Source: Gammaproteobacteria bacterium (GTDB lineage Bacteria; Pseudomonadota; Gammaproteobacteria; Eutrophobiales; Eutrophobiaceae). From it: DNA of 64,000 nucleotides. A program made the position numbers and the translations under genes. Numbering within the stretch: the stretch's first letter is position 1; the number at the start of each line of letters is the position of its first letter. Below are positions 20,970 to 30,762 of this stretch, one piece after another. The notes below the pieces were generated by a model. That model worked only from the letters and a program-made list of their open reading frames with translations. It had not been told where the DNA came from and ran no database searches. The stretch lies in the NCBI GenBank assembly GCA_021773245.1, contig JAJFKK010000038.1, positions 102-64,101 on the forward strand, read 5' to 3'.

Positions 20970-21896
20970 ATGAGTAAGACTCAGTTAAGGATTGTTGTTC
21001 TTTACGCTGACGTTTCTGGCAGTACCCGTCTTTATGAAAAATTTGGTGACACGATAGCGTGTGCCGATATTCATACGTGTTTAGATATCTTCTCTGAAGT
21101 AGTTGTGCAGAATGAAGGGCAAAAGATTAAGACAATTGGCGACGAAATAATGTGTTCATTTTATAAAGCGGAAAATGCTGCTCAAGCTGCGATACAGATG
21201 AATCAGGAATTACGCGATGCTAGTGAAATGGGGCGTTTTCAGTCGGGTGAAGTGCATATCAAGATTGGTTGGCATTATGGTAGTGGAGTTTTTCGTGACG
21301 ATGATATTATTGGTGAAGCTCCATTGTTGGCACAGCAAGTCATTGGTATGGCAAAGCGCGATGAAATTCTGACGACACAAAAAAGTATTGATGAATTGCC
21401 CGCTATTATTAAATGTACTGCAAAATTTATTGACCGTATTGAAGCTGCAGATGGTAGTGGAGAAATTGATGTTTATGCACTGCCATGGGATGACGAAGAT
21501 AGTGATGCCACTGTCGTTGTTAGTGATACTGAATCACATACTCTTACCGGTGCCTTGGTTCATAGTGCATTGCTTCTGCACTATAAGGATCAAAAAATTG
21601 AAATGAATCAACAGCTGACACATTGTCATATTGGCAGTGGCGAAGATAACGAACTTGTTGTGCATGGTGAATTTACTTCGCGACACCATGGAGAGATTTA
21701 TTATCGTCACGGACGTTTTCATCTATCTGATATGAGTACTAATGGTACTGGTATCATTCATCAAGGTGATGATTTTGTTCGTTTACACCGAGAAGAGCGA
21801 ATGTTAACTGAAAATGGGACGATTTGTTTTGGTGGAGATCCAAATGCCGATCCCGCTGCGGCTGTTGAGTATGAGTGTATTAAGGCAGAGAATTAA
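20970..21896 (+). CDS. Class III nucleotidyl cyclase-like domain fused to C-terminal FHA domain
   Basis: 308 aa; VLYADVSGSTRLYE...IKTIGDEIMCSF cyclase pattern; C-terminal IGSGEDNELVV....SR.HGEI......F.L.D.STNGT FHA pattern. Confidence 0.7.
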   Translation: MSKTQLRIVVLYADVSGSTRLYEKFGDTIACADIHTCLDIFSEVVVQNEGQKIKTIGDEIMCSFYKAENAAQAAIQMNQELRDASEMGRFQSGEVHIKIGWHYGSGVFRDDDIIGEAPLLAQQVIGMAKRDEILTTQKSIDELPAIIKCTAKFIDRIEAADGSGEIDVYALPWDDEDSDATVVVSDTESHTLTGALVHSALLLHYKDQKIEMNQQLTHCHIGSGEDNELVVHGEFTSRHHGEIYYRHGRFHLSDMSTNGTGIIHQGDDFVRLHREERMLTENGTICFGGDPNADPAAAVEYECIKAEN

Positions 21897-22631
21897 TTAT
21901 TTATCCGCCTTGTAGGCGACATAAACAGTACAAGATGATTCTTTATCTTCATAAAGGTTTGGAAAGCTAACGATATGCGATACTGAAGATTGAAAAACAC
22001 TATTCAGTAAACGCATAAATTCTTCATCTGGCGGATCATTTGACCAAAGACCAAAAATGCCGCCAGGAACAATTTTATTGGCTAATCTATTTAAACTCTC
22101 TTCAGTATAAAAAGAACTGTTTTCTTCGTTTAGCCAATGCGTTGGTGAATGGTCAATATCAAGTAACACAGCATGTACCTGTTTATTCTCTTCATCAAAA
22201 CCGTTGTTATCCGATGTTGCCAAAGCAAAAAAATCAGCATGTATTAATCTGCAACGTGGATCAGATGTTAGTTTTTTTCCTAATGGTACCAGTCCACGTT
22301 TATGCCAATCGATAACGGGGGCCATAACATCAATAACTTTAAGTGATTTGATTGCTTGATCTTCCAATGCAGCAACTGCGGTATAACCGAGACCTAATCC
22401 ACCGACGACAATATCTAGATTATTTTTATGTTTTGTTTGTTTTAATGCAGCAAGGCTAAGTTTTGAAAGTTGTATTTCTGATTCGGTGAATAAACTGGAC
22501 ATTAAAAACTCGTCGTTCAGTTTTACTTCGTAGAGTAACTTTCCATTGAGCCTCGGTTCGGTTCGTTTTCTGAGGCTAATATCTCCTAAAGGCGTAGGTT
22601 GAAAGTCCAGTTCTTCGAAGATGATTTGCAT
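21897..22631 (-). CDS. Spermidine-synthase-like SAM-dependent transferase
   Basis: 244 aa; VVGGLGLGYT SAM-binding motif, LLDIDHSP. Confidence 0.6.
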   Translation of the reverse strand: MQIIFEELDFQPTPLGDISLRKRTEPRLNGKLLYEVKLNDEFLMSSLFTESEIQLSKLSLAALKQTKHKNNLDIVVGGLGLGYTAVAALEDQAIKSLKVIDVMAPVIDWHKRGLVPLGKKLTSDPRCRLIHADFFALATSDNNGFDEENKQVHAVLLDIDHSPTHWLNEENSSFYTEESLNRLANKIVPGGIFGLWSNDPPDEEFMRLLNSVFQSSVSHIVSFPNLYEDKESSCTVYVAYKADK

Positions 22632-22668
22632 ATTTATTATTGTTTATATTTATCGCTTTTACTTATTT

Positions 22669-22771
22669 ACCTTTTTCGGTCTCCGTTCCGGACTCGACTC
22701 TCGGTTGCTGCTCCCGGCGCAACTCTACCTCCTCCATCCATGGAGTCGTACCGCCTACTTCCCTGTAGGCG
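22669..22771 (-). repeat. GC-rich ~100-bp repeat family, copy B (full length)
   Basis: Reverse complement reads CGCCTACAGGGAAGTAGGCGGTACGACTCCATGGATGGAGGAGGTAGAGTTGCGCCGGGAGCAGCAACCGAGAGTCGAGTCCGGAACGGAGACCGAAAAAGG; supplies the stop codon of the RRM gene. Confidence 0.8.
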
Positions 22772-23123
22772 TCTTTTTCCCATAGCCCTGAAAACTAGTT
22801 TTTGGTTTTTTATCAGCAGTAACAGCTTGTTTTTTTATATCGTCCTGCCCATGCTTTTCAGGTTCTGCCTTTTCAGCCTCTGGTTTTGATTCAGCTTTTT
22901 TAACGCGGATTTTATTGTCGGCAACTTCCTTACCATTCAGATTTGTTATTGCTATTTTGGCTTCGCCTGCTTTTGGCATTTCGACAAAGCCAAAGCCTTT
23001 AGATTGATTAGATTTTTTGTCCATAACAATCGTACAAGATTGTACTGTGCCATGCGCTTCAAATAGAGTGCGGACTTCGGCTTCGGTGGTGCTGCGATCT
23101 AGATTGCGTATCAGTATCTTCAT
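22755..23123 (-). CDS. RRM (RNP-1) RNA-binding protein
   Basis: 122 aa; MKILIRNL (RNP2) and KGFGFVEM (RNP1); C-terminal KKTPTGK-stop lies within repeat copy B. Confidence 0.85.
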   Translation of the reverse strand: MKILIRNLDRSTTEAEVRTLFEAHGTVQSCTIVMDKKSNQSKGFGFVEMPKAGEAKIAITNLNGKEVADNKIRVKKAESKPEAEKAEPEKHGQDDIKKQAVTADKKPKTSFQGYGKKTPTGK

Positions 23124-23153
23124 AGAGGTACCTTAATAAATACAAAGGCCTTG

Positions 23154-24770
23154 TTATTTAGCGTTAGCTGATTTTTTCTCTACTTCCAGCTGGCTTAAAA
23201 GATATTCTTCATAAGTGCCCTGGAAATCGATAACTTTATGGTTTTTTATTTCAATCACTCGTGTCGCCAATGATGAAACGAATTCGCGGTCATGACTAAC
23301 GAAGATCAAAGTGCCTTCATAATGTTCCAACGCCAGGTTTAGCGCTTCAATCGCTTCCATGTCTAAATGGTTGGTCGGTTCGTCCATTATCATGACGTTA
23401 GTTTCTTGCATCATTAACTTACCAAACAACAATCGGTTCTTTTCTCCGCCCGAACAGACCTTTACTTTTTTCTCAAAGTCTTCTGATGAGAATAAGAGTT
23501 GTCCTAAGGTAGCACGTACGGCTTGATCATCGTGCTTTGGTTTACGCCATCGACTCATCCAATCGTATAACTTCAGATCATTATCGAAATCAGCGGTGCT
23601 GTCTTGAGGGCAGTAGCCTAGTGTTGCATTTTCTGCCCACTGTATCGTACCGTTGTTTGCTTTAAGATCATTCACTAAACATCGAAGAAAGGTTGTTTTA
23701 CCTACACCATTCTCACCGATAATGGCTAAACGAGCGCCAGCTTCTAAGAGGATGTTGCCTTTATCAAAAAGTGTTTCTTCTTCAAAACCATGGCCTAAAT
23801 CTTCCAGAGTTAATGCAAGACGATGTAATTTTTTATCCTGACTAAAACGAATAAAAGGGCTCATACGACTGGATGCTTTAATATCATCCAGTTTGATTTT
23901 TTCAATTTGTCTTGCGCGAGATGTCGCTTGCTTTGCTTTCGAAGCATTGGCAGAGAAACGACTAACAAAATGTTTTAGTTCGGCTATTTGTGCTGTCTTC
24001 TTTGCATTCTCTGATTGCATTCGTTCGCGTGCTGCTGTCGATGCCATCATAAAATCATCGTAGTTACCCGGGTAGACTCGTAATTCACCATAATCGATAT
24101 CAGCGATGTGAGTGCAAACCTCACTTAGGAAATGACGATCATGGGAAATAATCACCATAGTACTTTTCCGACTTTTGAGTACATCTTCTAACCAACGAAT
24201 GGTATTGATGTCGAGGTTATTAGTCGGTTCGTCTAATAACAAAATGTCAGGTTCTGCAAACAGAGCTTGTGCGAGTAAAACGCGAAGTTTCCAACCGGGT
24301 GCGACTTCACTCATCGGTCCTTCATGTAATTCTTCTTCGATACCTGCGCTTAAGAGTAATTCACCGGCGCGGCTTTCGGCACTGTAGCCATCCATTTCAC
24401 CAAATTCGCTTTCCAAATGAGCGACTTTCATGCCGTCTTCTTCAGACATTTCTGCCAGGGAATAAATACGGTCACGTTCTTGTTTTACTTCCCATAATTC
24501 AGCATGACCCATAATCACGGTATCAAGCACAGTGTATTTTTCAAAAGCAAATTGATCCTGATGCAATTTACCGACACGTTCGTTCGGAGTAATAGAGACA
24601 TTTCCGGTAGTAGGCTCAAGGCTGCCATCAAGAATTTTCATGAAGGTCGATTTACCACAACCGTTCGCGCCAATCAGTCCATAGCGATTTCCATCGCCGA
24701 ATTTGACTGAAATATTTTCAAATAAAGGCTTAGCACCGAATTGCATTGTGACGTTTGCTGTCGAAATCAT
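23154..24770 (-). CDS. ybiT: ABC-F family ATPase YbiT
   Basis: 538 aa; near-colinear with my recollection of E. coli YbiT ([39 protein letters not shown]); two ABC cassettes. Confidence 0.9.
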   Translation of the reverse strand: MISTANVTMQFGAKPLFENISVKFGDGNRYGLIGANGCGKSTFMKILDGSLEPTTGNVSITPNERVGKLHQDQFAFEKYTVLDTVIMGHAELWEVKQERDRIYSLAEMSEEDGMKVAHLESEFGEMDGYSAESRAGELLLSAGIEEELHEGPMSEVAPGWKLRVLLAQALFAEPDILLLDEPTNNLDINTIRWLEDVLKSRKSTMVIISHDRHFLSEVCTHIADIDYGELRVYPGNYDDFMMASTAARERMQSENAKKTAQIAELKHFVSRFSANASKAKQATSRARQIEKIKLDDIKASSRMSPFIRFSQDKKLHRLALTLEDLGHGFEEETLFDKGNILLEAGARLAIIGENGVGKTTFLRCLVNDLKANNGTIQWAENATLGYCPQDSTADFDNDLKLYDWMSRWRKPKHDDQAVRATLGQLLFSSEDFEKKVKVCSGGEKNRLLFGKLMMQETNVMIMDEPTNHLDMEAIEALNLALEHYEGTLIFVSHDREFVSSLATRVIEIKNHKVIDFQGTYEEYLLSQLEVEKKSANAK

Positions 24771-25013
24771 TTCGTGTTCCTGACTCTGTTTTAATGGGGG
24801 TTAAACGGGCGCGTACTATAGTGCTTTGCAGCAATTTCGTCGAGTGAAACTATTGTTAATTTGTGCCGTTTTTCTATTAATTTCGACAAATATCTAGATA
24901 TAGCGGTTAATTTACTATTTACTACTATATATAGATGTTTTTACAATAAAACCGTATGATATTTACCCTAGTACTTGCTGTTATTTGGGAAGCAAATTTA
25001 AGGGGGAATATCG

Positions 25014-25583
25014 TTGTTTATAGGCCGGAAAGCTCCGCATTTAGCCTTATTGGGCTTGTTTATTACTGTTTCTATACTATCTAGTCGTTTTGTTCTTGCT
25101 TCGCATGATGAAGTTTGTAGCTCTCAGTGGCATGTGACTGGCTACTTTACCCCGGTTGAAGTCGATTACTCTCAATCTGAACTAAGTCAGGTTCATATTG
25201 AGCGGTTTGGCAAAAGCATCCATTCCAAAGCATTTTTAAAAGCGGTTAAAATCGAAGGCTGGGGAAGAACAAAGGACGGTTGGTATCTTGGTCGTTTTTC
25301 TAACAAGTGGCATAAAAGTAAGCAGCCACTAAATTCGATAGGTAAGCCATTACAAACAGGTTCGATTGCGACTGACAGAACTATAATTCCAACAGGTTCG
25401 AAATTGAAGATTCCTAGCTTGCCAAATAATCTAAAACATCAACTCTATGTGTCTGATGATGTCGGTAGTGCAATTAAGAATACGCATGTCGATATATATA
25501 CTGGCGAAGGCAGACAGGCAGAGAAAACGACTTATGAGATAACCGGAAAAGATCATACCGTTTGCCGATTAAGTTCGATCTAA
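25014..25583 (+). CDS. 3D-domain (MltA-like) secreted protein
   Basis: 189 aa; TTG start 6 nt after AGGGGGA; DDVGSAIK..HVDIYTGEG 3D-domain motif. Confidence 0.6.
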   Translation: MFIGRKAPHLALLGLFITVSILSSRFVLASHDEVCSSQWHVTGYFTPVEVDYSQSELSQVHIERFGKSIHSKAFLKAVKIEGWGRTKDGWYLGRFSNKWHKSKQPLNSIGKPLQTGSIATDRTIIPTGSKLKIPSLPNNLKHQLYVSDDVGSAIKNTHVDIYTGEGRQAEKTTYEITGKDHTVCRLSSI

Positions 25584-26962
25584 TTTATTCTACGGACTTT
25601 AAATTTTCGACCTTTTATTTTTCCTTCAGAAAGTACCTTTAAAGCTTGTTTTGAAATCGCTTGTTCTACAGCGACATAAGCATATTTATCAAAGATATCG
25701 ATTTTACCAATCTGCTTGCCGTTAAGACTCGCATCTCCTGTTAAGGCACCCAAAATATCTCCCGCACGGACTTTATCTTTACGACCTCCATTAATACCAA
25801 GAGTGACCATTGGCGGGAATAATTTAGAAAAGTCACGAGTTTTAAGTGTCGATGTTTTATCAATACGTACCGGACTCTTTTTAAATGCTTCTATCGCTTC
25901 AACTCTGAATTTTTCTGAAGCCATAAATAAACTCAATGCTAAGCCTTGGCTACCTGCGCGACCGGTACGGCCGATTCGGTGAATGTGTATTTCCGGATCA
26001 GGTGATAACTCAAAATTAATTACAGCTTGTAGATCTTTAATATCAATTCCGCGTGCAGCAACGTCAGTTGCGATTAAAATAGAACTACTTTTATTCGCAA
26101 ATTGTACAATGACTTGATCTCGTTCTCGTTGTTCCAGATCGCCGTGTAAAGAAAGTGCATGAAATCCTTGCTTCCATAAGGTATCAACCAACTCCTGACA
26201 TTGTTGTTTTGTATTACAAAAAACAATACTTGACTCAGGTTTGTAATGTTGTAGTAAAGCAATCAGTGCAGTCGTTCTTTCACCTGCGTCTACTTCATAA
26301 AATATTTGTTTTATTTCTTTATCGTCATGCACAGATTCAACACGGACATCGGCTGGATTATTTTGAATGGTGTTACTAATCTTTTTAATCTGATCAGGGT
26401 AGGTAGCGGAAAATAACAACGTCTGTTTTTGTTTTGGAGTTTGTTTAATGACCCGCATGATTTCATCAGAAAACCCCATGTCTAACATACGATCAGCTTC
26501 ATCCAGAACTAATGTTTTTAATCCATTCAGTTTTAACGATTCTTTATCCAGGTGTTTTAATATTCGCCCTGGAGTGCCAACAACAATATGCGGCGGATGT
26601 TCTAATGCTGCGAGTTGCGGCATCATAGACTTGCCGCCACATAAGGTAACCAATTTCGTGTTAGGAATAGCACGTGCAAGGCGACGTATTTCAGTGCTAA
26701 CTTGATCTGCGAGTTCACGTGTTGGACAAAGTACTAATGCTTGTACTTGATAATTTTTCGTTTCAAGTTTATTCAATAAGCCAATAGCGAATGCCGCTGT
26801 TTTACCGCTACCGGTTTTTGCCTGAGCTAATAAATCTTTACCTTCAAGAATAGCGGGTAGGCTTTGTGCTTGAATAGGCGTCATCTCTTTAAAATCTAAA
26901 GACGCAATATTAGCCAAAACTTCAGCAGGCAAGGGCAGGGATGAAAAATCTGTTGAGCTCAT
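25580..26962 (-). CDS. dbpA: ATP-dependent RNA helicase DbpA
   Basis: 460 aa; DEAD-box motifs ([23 protein letters not shown]) plus DbpA C-terminal RNA-binding domain (VRAGDILGALTG...IGKIDI). Confidence 0.9.
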   Translation of the reverse strand: MSSTDFSSLPLPAEVLANIASLDFKEMTPIQAQSLPAILEGKDLLAQAKTGSGKTAAFAIGLLNKLETKNYQVQALVLCPTRELADQVSTEIRRLARAIPNTKLVTLCGGKSMMPQLAALEHPPHIVVGTPGRILKHLDKESLKLNGLKTLVLDEADRMLDMGFSDEIMRVIKQTPKQKQTLLFSATYPDQIKKISNTIQNNPADVRVESVHDDKEIKQIFYEVDAGERTTALIALLQHYKPESSIVFCNTKQQCQELVDTLWKQGFHALSLHGDLEQRERDQVIVQFANKSSSILIATDVAARGIDIKDLQAVINFELSPDPEIHIHRIGRTGRAGSQGLALSLFMASEKFRVEAIEAFKKSPVRIDKTSTLKTRDFSKLFPPMVTLGINGGRKDKVRAGDILGALTGDASLNGKQIGKIDIFDKYAYVAVEQAISKQALKVLSEGKIKGRKFKVRRIN

Positions 26963-26964
26963 AA

Positions 26965-27438
26965 TTATAATAATAAACCTTCATCTATTTTATGAAAGAC
27001 ATCAGCGCTTTCAATAAGATTTTTAGCTGTTAAAGCCGGTACGCCATAAACTTCAGTGGCGACACCATAAGTATTCTTTATCTTTTCTAATAAAATACCG
27101 AAGTCACCATCGCCTGATAATAAGATAACGGTATCAACGTCTTTTGCCATTTCCATAACATCAATGGTAATACCGACATCCCAGTCACCTTTCGCCGAAC
27201 CATCACTACGTTGAATAAACGGTTTAAGTTTTACGGTAAAGCCAATGTGTTTTAAGGCATCTTGAAATTTAATCTGTTTGTCATCACCACGATGCGTTGC
27301 ATAAGCATTGGCGCAAACGATTTCACCTTCCGCACTAACGTTTTTCCAGAGTTTCTTGTAATTAAACTGGCGGGAATAGGTATCGCGGGTGGTGTAATAG
27401 ATGTTTTGAACATCTACAAAAAGTGCAATTTTTTTCAA
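26965..27438 (-). CDS. NYN/LabA-like (PIN-like) domain protein
   Basis: 157 aa; IALFVDVQN.YY, D..I..D......D.VILLSGDGDF pattern. Confidence 0.75.
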   Translation of the reverse strand: MKKIALFVDVQNIYYTTRDTYSRQFNYKKLWKNVSAEGEIVCANAYATHRGDDKQIKFQDALKHIGFTVKLKPFIQRSDGSAKGDWDVGITIDVMEMAKDVDTVILLSGDGDFGILLEKIKNTYGVATEVYGVPALTAKNLIESADVFHKIDEGLLL

Positions 27439-27473
27439 AATGGGTCCGTTGGAGTCATATCTTGTTAAACGTT

Positions 27474-27632
27474 ATACCCATGATATATGGAAATGCGGAA
27501 TTTAGAGTGCGTTTGTTTTTATTCAGAGCAAGACGCGACGACGCGCATGGTCGCTCCCTGTAAGGAGGAGCAACGAAGTTCTGGATGAAAACAGGTGGGC
27601 TATAAAACTGCATTTCTATATATCATGGGTAT
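27474..27632. repeat. 159-bp palindromic (MITE-like or structured-RNA) element
   Basis: 23-bp terminal inverted repeats ATACCCATGATATATGGAAATGC / GCATTTCTATATATCATGGGTAT (1 mismatch); arms continue imperfectly inward; GC-rich centre. Confidence 0.7.
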
Positions 27633-27744
27633 GAGCATAACACGAGCTAGAAGATAGAGATTCCCTAAGTAATGTTTAAGTGATTTTAGTCGATATATCG
27701 CTATCTACATTTGAAACACTCACTATAATAGCCCGCCTCGGAGG

Positions 27745-29244
27745 ATGTACATGCTTTTACTTTCAAAAAAACAAGATTGGCTGGGAAATATTCGCGGCGA
27801 TATTTTGGCGGGCCTTGTTGTTGCGCTGGCCTTGATTCCAGAGGCGATCGCCTTTTCAATTATTGCCGGTGTTGACCCTAAAATTGGTCTTTATGCATCA
27901 TTTTGTATTGCTGTAATTACCGCAATTATTGGCGGGCGCCCAGGCATGATCAGTGCTGCTACAGGTGCGATGGCCTTACTAATGGTGACATTAGTTAAAG
28001 AACACGGCTTACAATATTTATTAGCAACAACCTTATTAACCGGTGGTTTACAAATTATTGCCGGTTATCTCAAACTTGGTAGTTTAATGCGTTTTGTATC
28101 GCGTTCCGTCGTCACAGGCTTTGTAAATGCTTTAGCCATTTTGATCTTTATGGCGCAATTACCAGAATTAACCAATGTCACATGGCATGTCTATGCGATG
28201 ACTGTTGCGGGATTGGGCATTATATATTTGTTTCCCTATCTTCCTGTTATTGGCAAGTCGATTCCATCACCGCTAGTTTGTATTGTATTAATATCGGCAA
28301 TCGCTGTTTATTTTCAAATAGATATTCGCACCGTCGGTGATATGGGTGAATTACCCGATACCTTGCCGATATTTCTATGGCCTGATATACCGTTAACATT
28401 TGAAACACTGCAAATCATATTTCCTTATGCCTTACCGTTAGCAATGGTCGGTTTACTAGAGTCATTAATGACAGCAACGATTGTTGATGATTTAACCGAT
28501 ACCGGCAGTGATAAGAATCGTGAATGTAAAGGACAGGGGATTGCTAATATTGGTTCCGGTCTTTTAGGCGGCATGGCAGGTTGTGCGATGATTGGTCAAT
28601 CTGTGATTAACATTAAATCAGGTGGTCGTGGTCGTTTATCAACCTTACTTGCCGGTATCTTTCTTTTGATCATGGTTGTCTTCCTCGGAGAATGGATAAA
28701 ACAAATTCCGATGGCAGCGTTAGTCGCTGTGATGATCATGGTGTCGATTGGTACTTTTAGTTGGGGTTCGCTTCGAGATTTAAAAGCACATCCGCTTTCT
28801 TCTAACATTGTGATGATCATGACAGTGATAGTTGTTGTCTGGACACACAACCTGGCTTTGGGTGTTTTTGTTGGCGTATTACTCGCGTCATTGTTCTTTG
28901 CTAACAAGATTAGTCATTTCATGTATGTTGAGTCAGAGAAAGATGAAGAAAAAGATATTCGAACTTATCGTATTGTTGGTCAGATCTTTTTTAGTTCATC
29001 AGATAAATTTATTGCCGCATTTGATTTTAAAGAGGCAGTAGAAAAAGTAGTGATTGATCTCAATCGAGCGCACTTCTGGGATATCACATCGGTATCAGCT
29101 TTGGATAAAGCAGTACTTAAATTTCGTAGAGAAGGTGCAGAAGTTGAATTAATAGGTTTAAATGAAGCGAGTTCAACAATTATCGATCGCTTCGGTGTTC
29201 ATGATAAGCCAGAAGAAATAGAAAAAATTATGGGTGGTCACTGA
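27745..29244 (+). CDS. SulP-family anion transporter with C-terminal STAS domain
   Basis: 499 aa; multi-TM SulP core ([12 protein letters not shown]), C-terminal STAS ([10 protein letters not shown]...F). Confidence 0.9.
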   Translation: MYMLLLSKKQDWLGNIRGDILAGLVVALALIPEAIAFSIIAGVDPKIGLYASFCIAVITAIIGGRPGMISAATGAMALLMVTLVKEHGLQYLLATTLLTGGLQIIAGYLKLGSLMRFVSRSVVTGFVNALAILIFMAQLPELTNVTWHVYAMTVAGLGIIYLFPYLPVIGKSIPSPLVCIVLISAIAVYFQIDIRTVGDMGELPDTLPIFLWPDIPLTFETLQIIFPYALPLAMVGLLESLMTATIVDDLTDTGSDKNRECKGQGIANIGSGLLGGMAGCAMIGQSVINIKSGGRGRLSTLLAGIFLLIMVVFLGEWIKQIPMAALVAVMIMVSIGTFSWGSLRDLKAHPLSSNIVMIMTVIVVVWTHNLALGVFVGVLLASLFFANKISHFMYVESEKDEEKDIRTYRIVGQIFFSSSDKFIAAFDFKEAVEKVVIDLNRAHFWDITSVSALDKAVLKFRREGAEVELIGLNEASSTIIDRFGVHDKPEEIEKIMGGH

Positions 29245-30110
29245 TGAGTAATGAAAAGCCAATGGTTTTAGCCTGTATCGATGGATCTAAATTAAGCGAA
29301 GCAGTTTGCGACTATGCAGTATGGATAGCACAACGCGTCGAAGTGCCATTAAAACTTCTTAATATTATAGACCATCATCATGAGACTGCCTCAACAAGTG
29401 ATCTCTCCGGTAACCTGGGTGTTGATAGTCGCGATCATTTACTCGAAGACATTACCGAATCTGAACACACAAAAGGTAAAAAACGTATTCAACAAGGCAA
29501 AGCGATTTTACAAGCTGCAAAAGAACGCGTGATTGAAGATGGTTTTTCAAATCCAGAAACAAGTCTGCAACATGGTAGTTTGATAGAGACGTTAACAGAG
29601 CTTGAAGAAAATATTCGTGTGCTCGTGATTGGTGCAAGAGGAAAGGTACATGAAGATCAACCAGATCAAATTGGTGCAAAACTTGAAGAAATGATCCGCT
29701 CTTTACATCTTCCCATTCTGGTGGCTTATGAAGAATTCAAAACACCGAAAACAATCATGATTGCCTATGATGGCGGCGAAGCAGCAGATAAGGCAGTTGA
29801 TATGGTTGCGAATAGCCCTTTATATAAAGGCCTCGTTTGTCATCTGGTCTGCGTTAGTAATAAAGATAAAGCGGATGAAGTATTAGACAAAGCAGCTAAT
29901 AAGCTACGTGAAGCTGGTGGCATAGATATTGTTACTGCTAGTCTGAGAGGCAAAGCTGAACATGAACTTTGTGAATACCAACTAAGTCAGAATATTGATA
30001 TGACGATAATGGGAGCATTTAGTCATAATCGATTACACGATCTGCTTTTAGGTAGCTTTACGGTCAAAATGTTATTCAATACCAAAAGACCATTATTGCT
30101 ACTCAGATAA
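29244..30110 (+). CDS. Tandem universal stress protein (UspE-like)
   Basis: 288 aa; two Usp domains, G...H......GS motifs; ATG overlaps the SulP stop (TGATG). Confidence 0.8.
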   Translation: MSNEKPMVLACIDGSKLSEAVCDYAVWIAQRVEVPLKLLNIIDHHHETASTSDLSGNLGVDSRDHLLEDITESEHTKGKKRIQQGKAILQAAKERVIEDGFSNPETSLQHGSLIETLTELEENIRVLVIGARGKVHEDQPDQIGAKLEEMIRSLHLPILVAYEEFKTPKTIMIAYDGGEAADKAVDMVANSPLYKGLVCHLVCVSNKDKADEVLDKAANKLREAGGIDIVTASLRGKAEHELCEYQLSQNIDMTIMGAFSHNRLHDLLLGSFTVKMLFNTKRPLLLLR

Positions 30111-30174
30111 ACTTAAAAAATTGATACAAATATTTAAATTAATATAAAATAATCTAAAACTGGAGAATTAAATA

Positions 30175-30654
30175 ATGAATAAACTAAACTTATTAGGCCT
30201 GGCGCTTATTGTATTTTTAACGGCTTGTAGTGATGAAGATAAATCTGCTGCATCTAAAGAAATGGACAAGGCTGGAGAAAGTACTGCAGCAGCTATGGAA
30301 AGTGTTACTGAAGCAGTAAGCGAAGCAAAAGAAGAAATGGCTGAAGTTGTAGAAGAAGCGGCAGAAGAAACAGCTGCGGCTACTGAAGAAGCGCCTACTA
30401 TGACCGATCAAGCGATGGATATGGCGAAAGAAAAAGCACAAGAATATATCGATGAAAATAAAGATGAAATAATCCAGGCGGCAAAAGAAGAAGTGACTAG
30501 CATGGTTCAGGATCAAGCTGCGGATATGGCCAAGGAACAAGCCACTGAGATGGTTAAAGATCAAGCTGCAGATATGGTAAAGGAACAAGCAATGGACGCA
30601 ACTAAAGAAGGTGCAATGGATAGTGCAAAAGATATGCTTAAAGAAGGTTTCTAA
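30175..30654 (+). CDS. Acidic repetitive lipoprotein
   Basis: 159 aa; lipobox LTAC; repeated DQAADM(A/V)KEQA units. Confidence 0.6.
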   Translation: MNKLNLLGLALIVFLTACSDEDKSAASKEMDKAGESTAAAMESVTEAVSEAKEEMAEVVEEAAEETAAATEEAPTMTDQAMDMAKEKAQEYIDENKDEIIQAAKEEVTSMVQDQAADMAKEQATEMVKDQAADMVKEQAMDATKEGAMDSAKDMLKEGF

Positions 30655-30678
30655 GACACTATTTAAATAAGTCGTAAA

Positions 30679-30712
30679 ATTTGATGGTGGACTTATACGT
30701 TCACCATCAAAT
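30679..30712. terminator. Bidirectional hairpin between lipoprotein gene and rhlE
   Basis: 11-bp stem ATTTGATGGTG/CACCATCAAAT with 12-nt loop. Confidence 0.5.
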
Positions 30713-30762
30713 ATTTACAGAAGTATAACGTTACTCCTCATACAAGCTTTAAACACAAATTC

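Noticed and set aside
22599-22889. 96-aa plus-strand ORF across the spermidine-synthase-like / RRM intergenic region
   Set aside because: It runs through GC-rich repeat copy B and antisense to the RRM gene, so it is a product of the repeat sequence.
27474-27632. Retron msr/msd-like structure (inverted repeats flanking a GC-rich core)
   Set aside because: No reverse transcriptase gene is adjacent, and the inverted repeats are much longer than retron a1/a2 repeats. A MITE or hairpin RNA is more economical.
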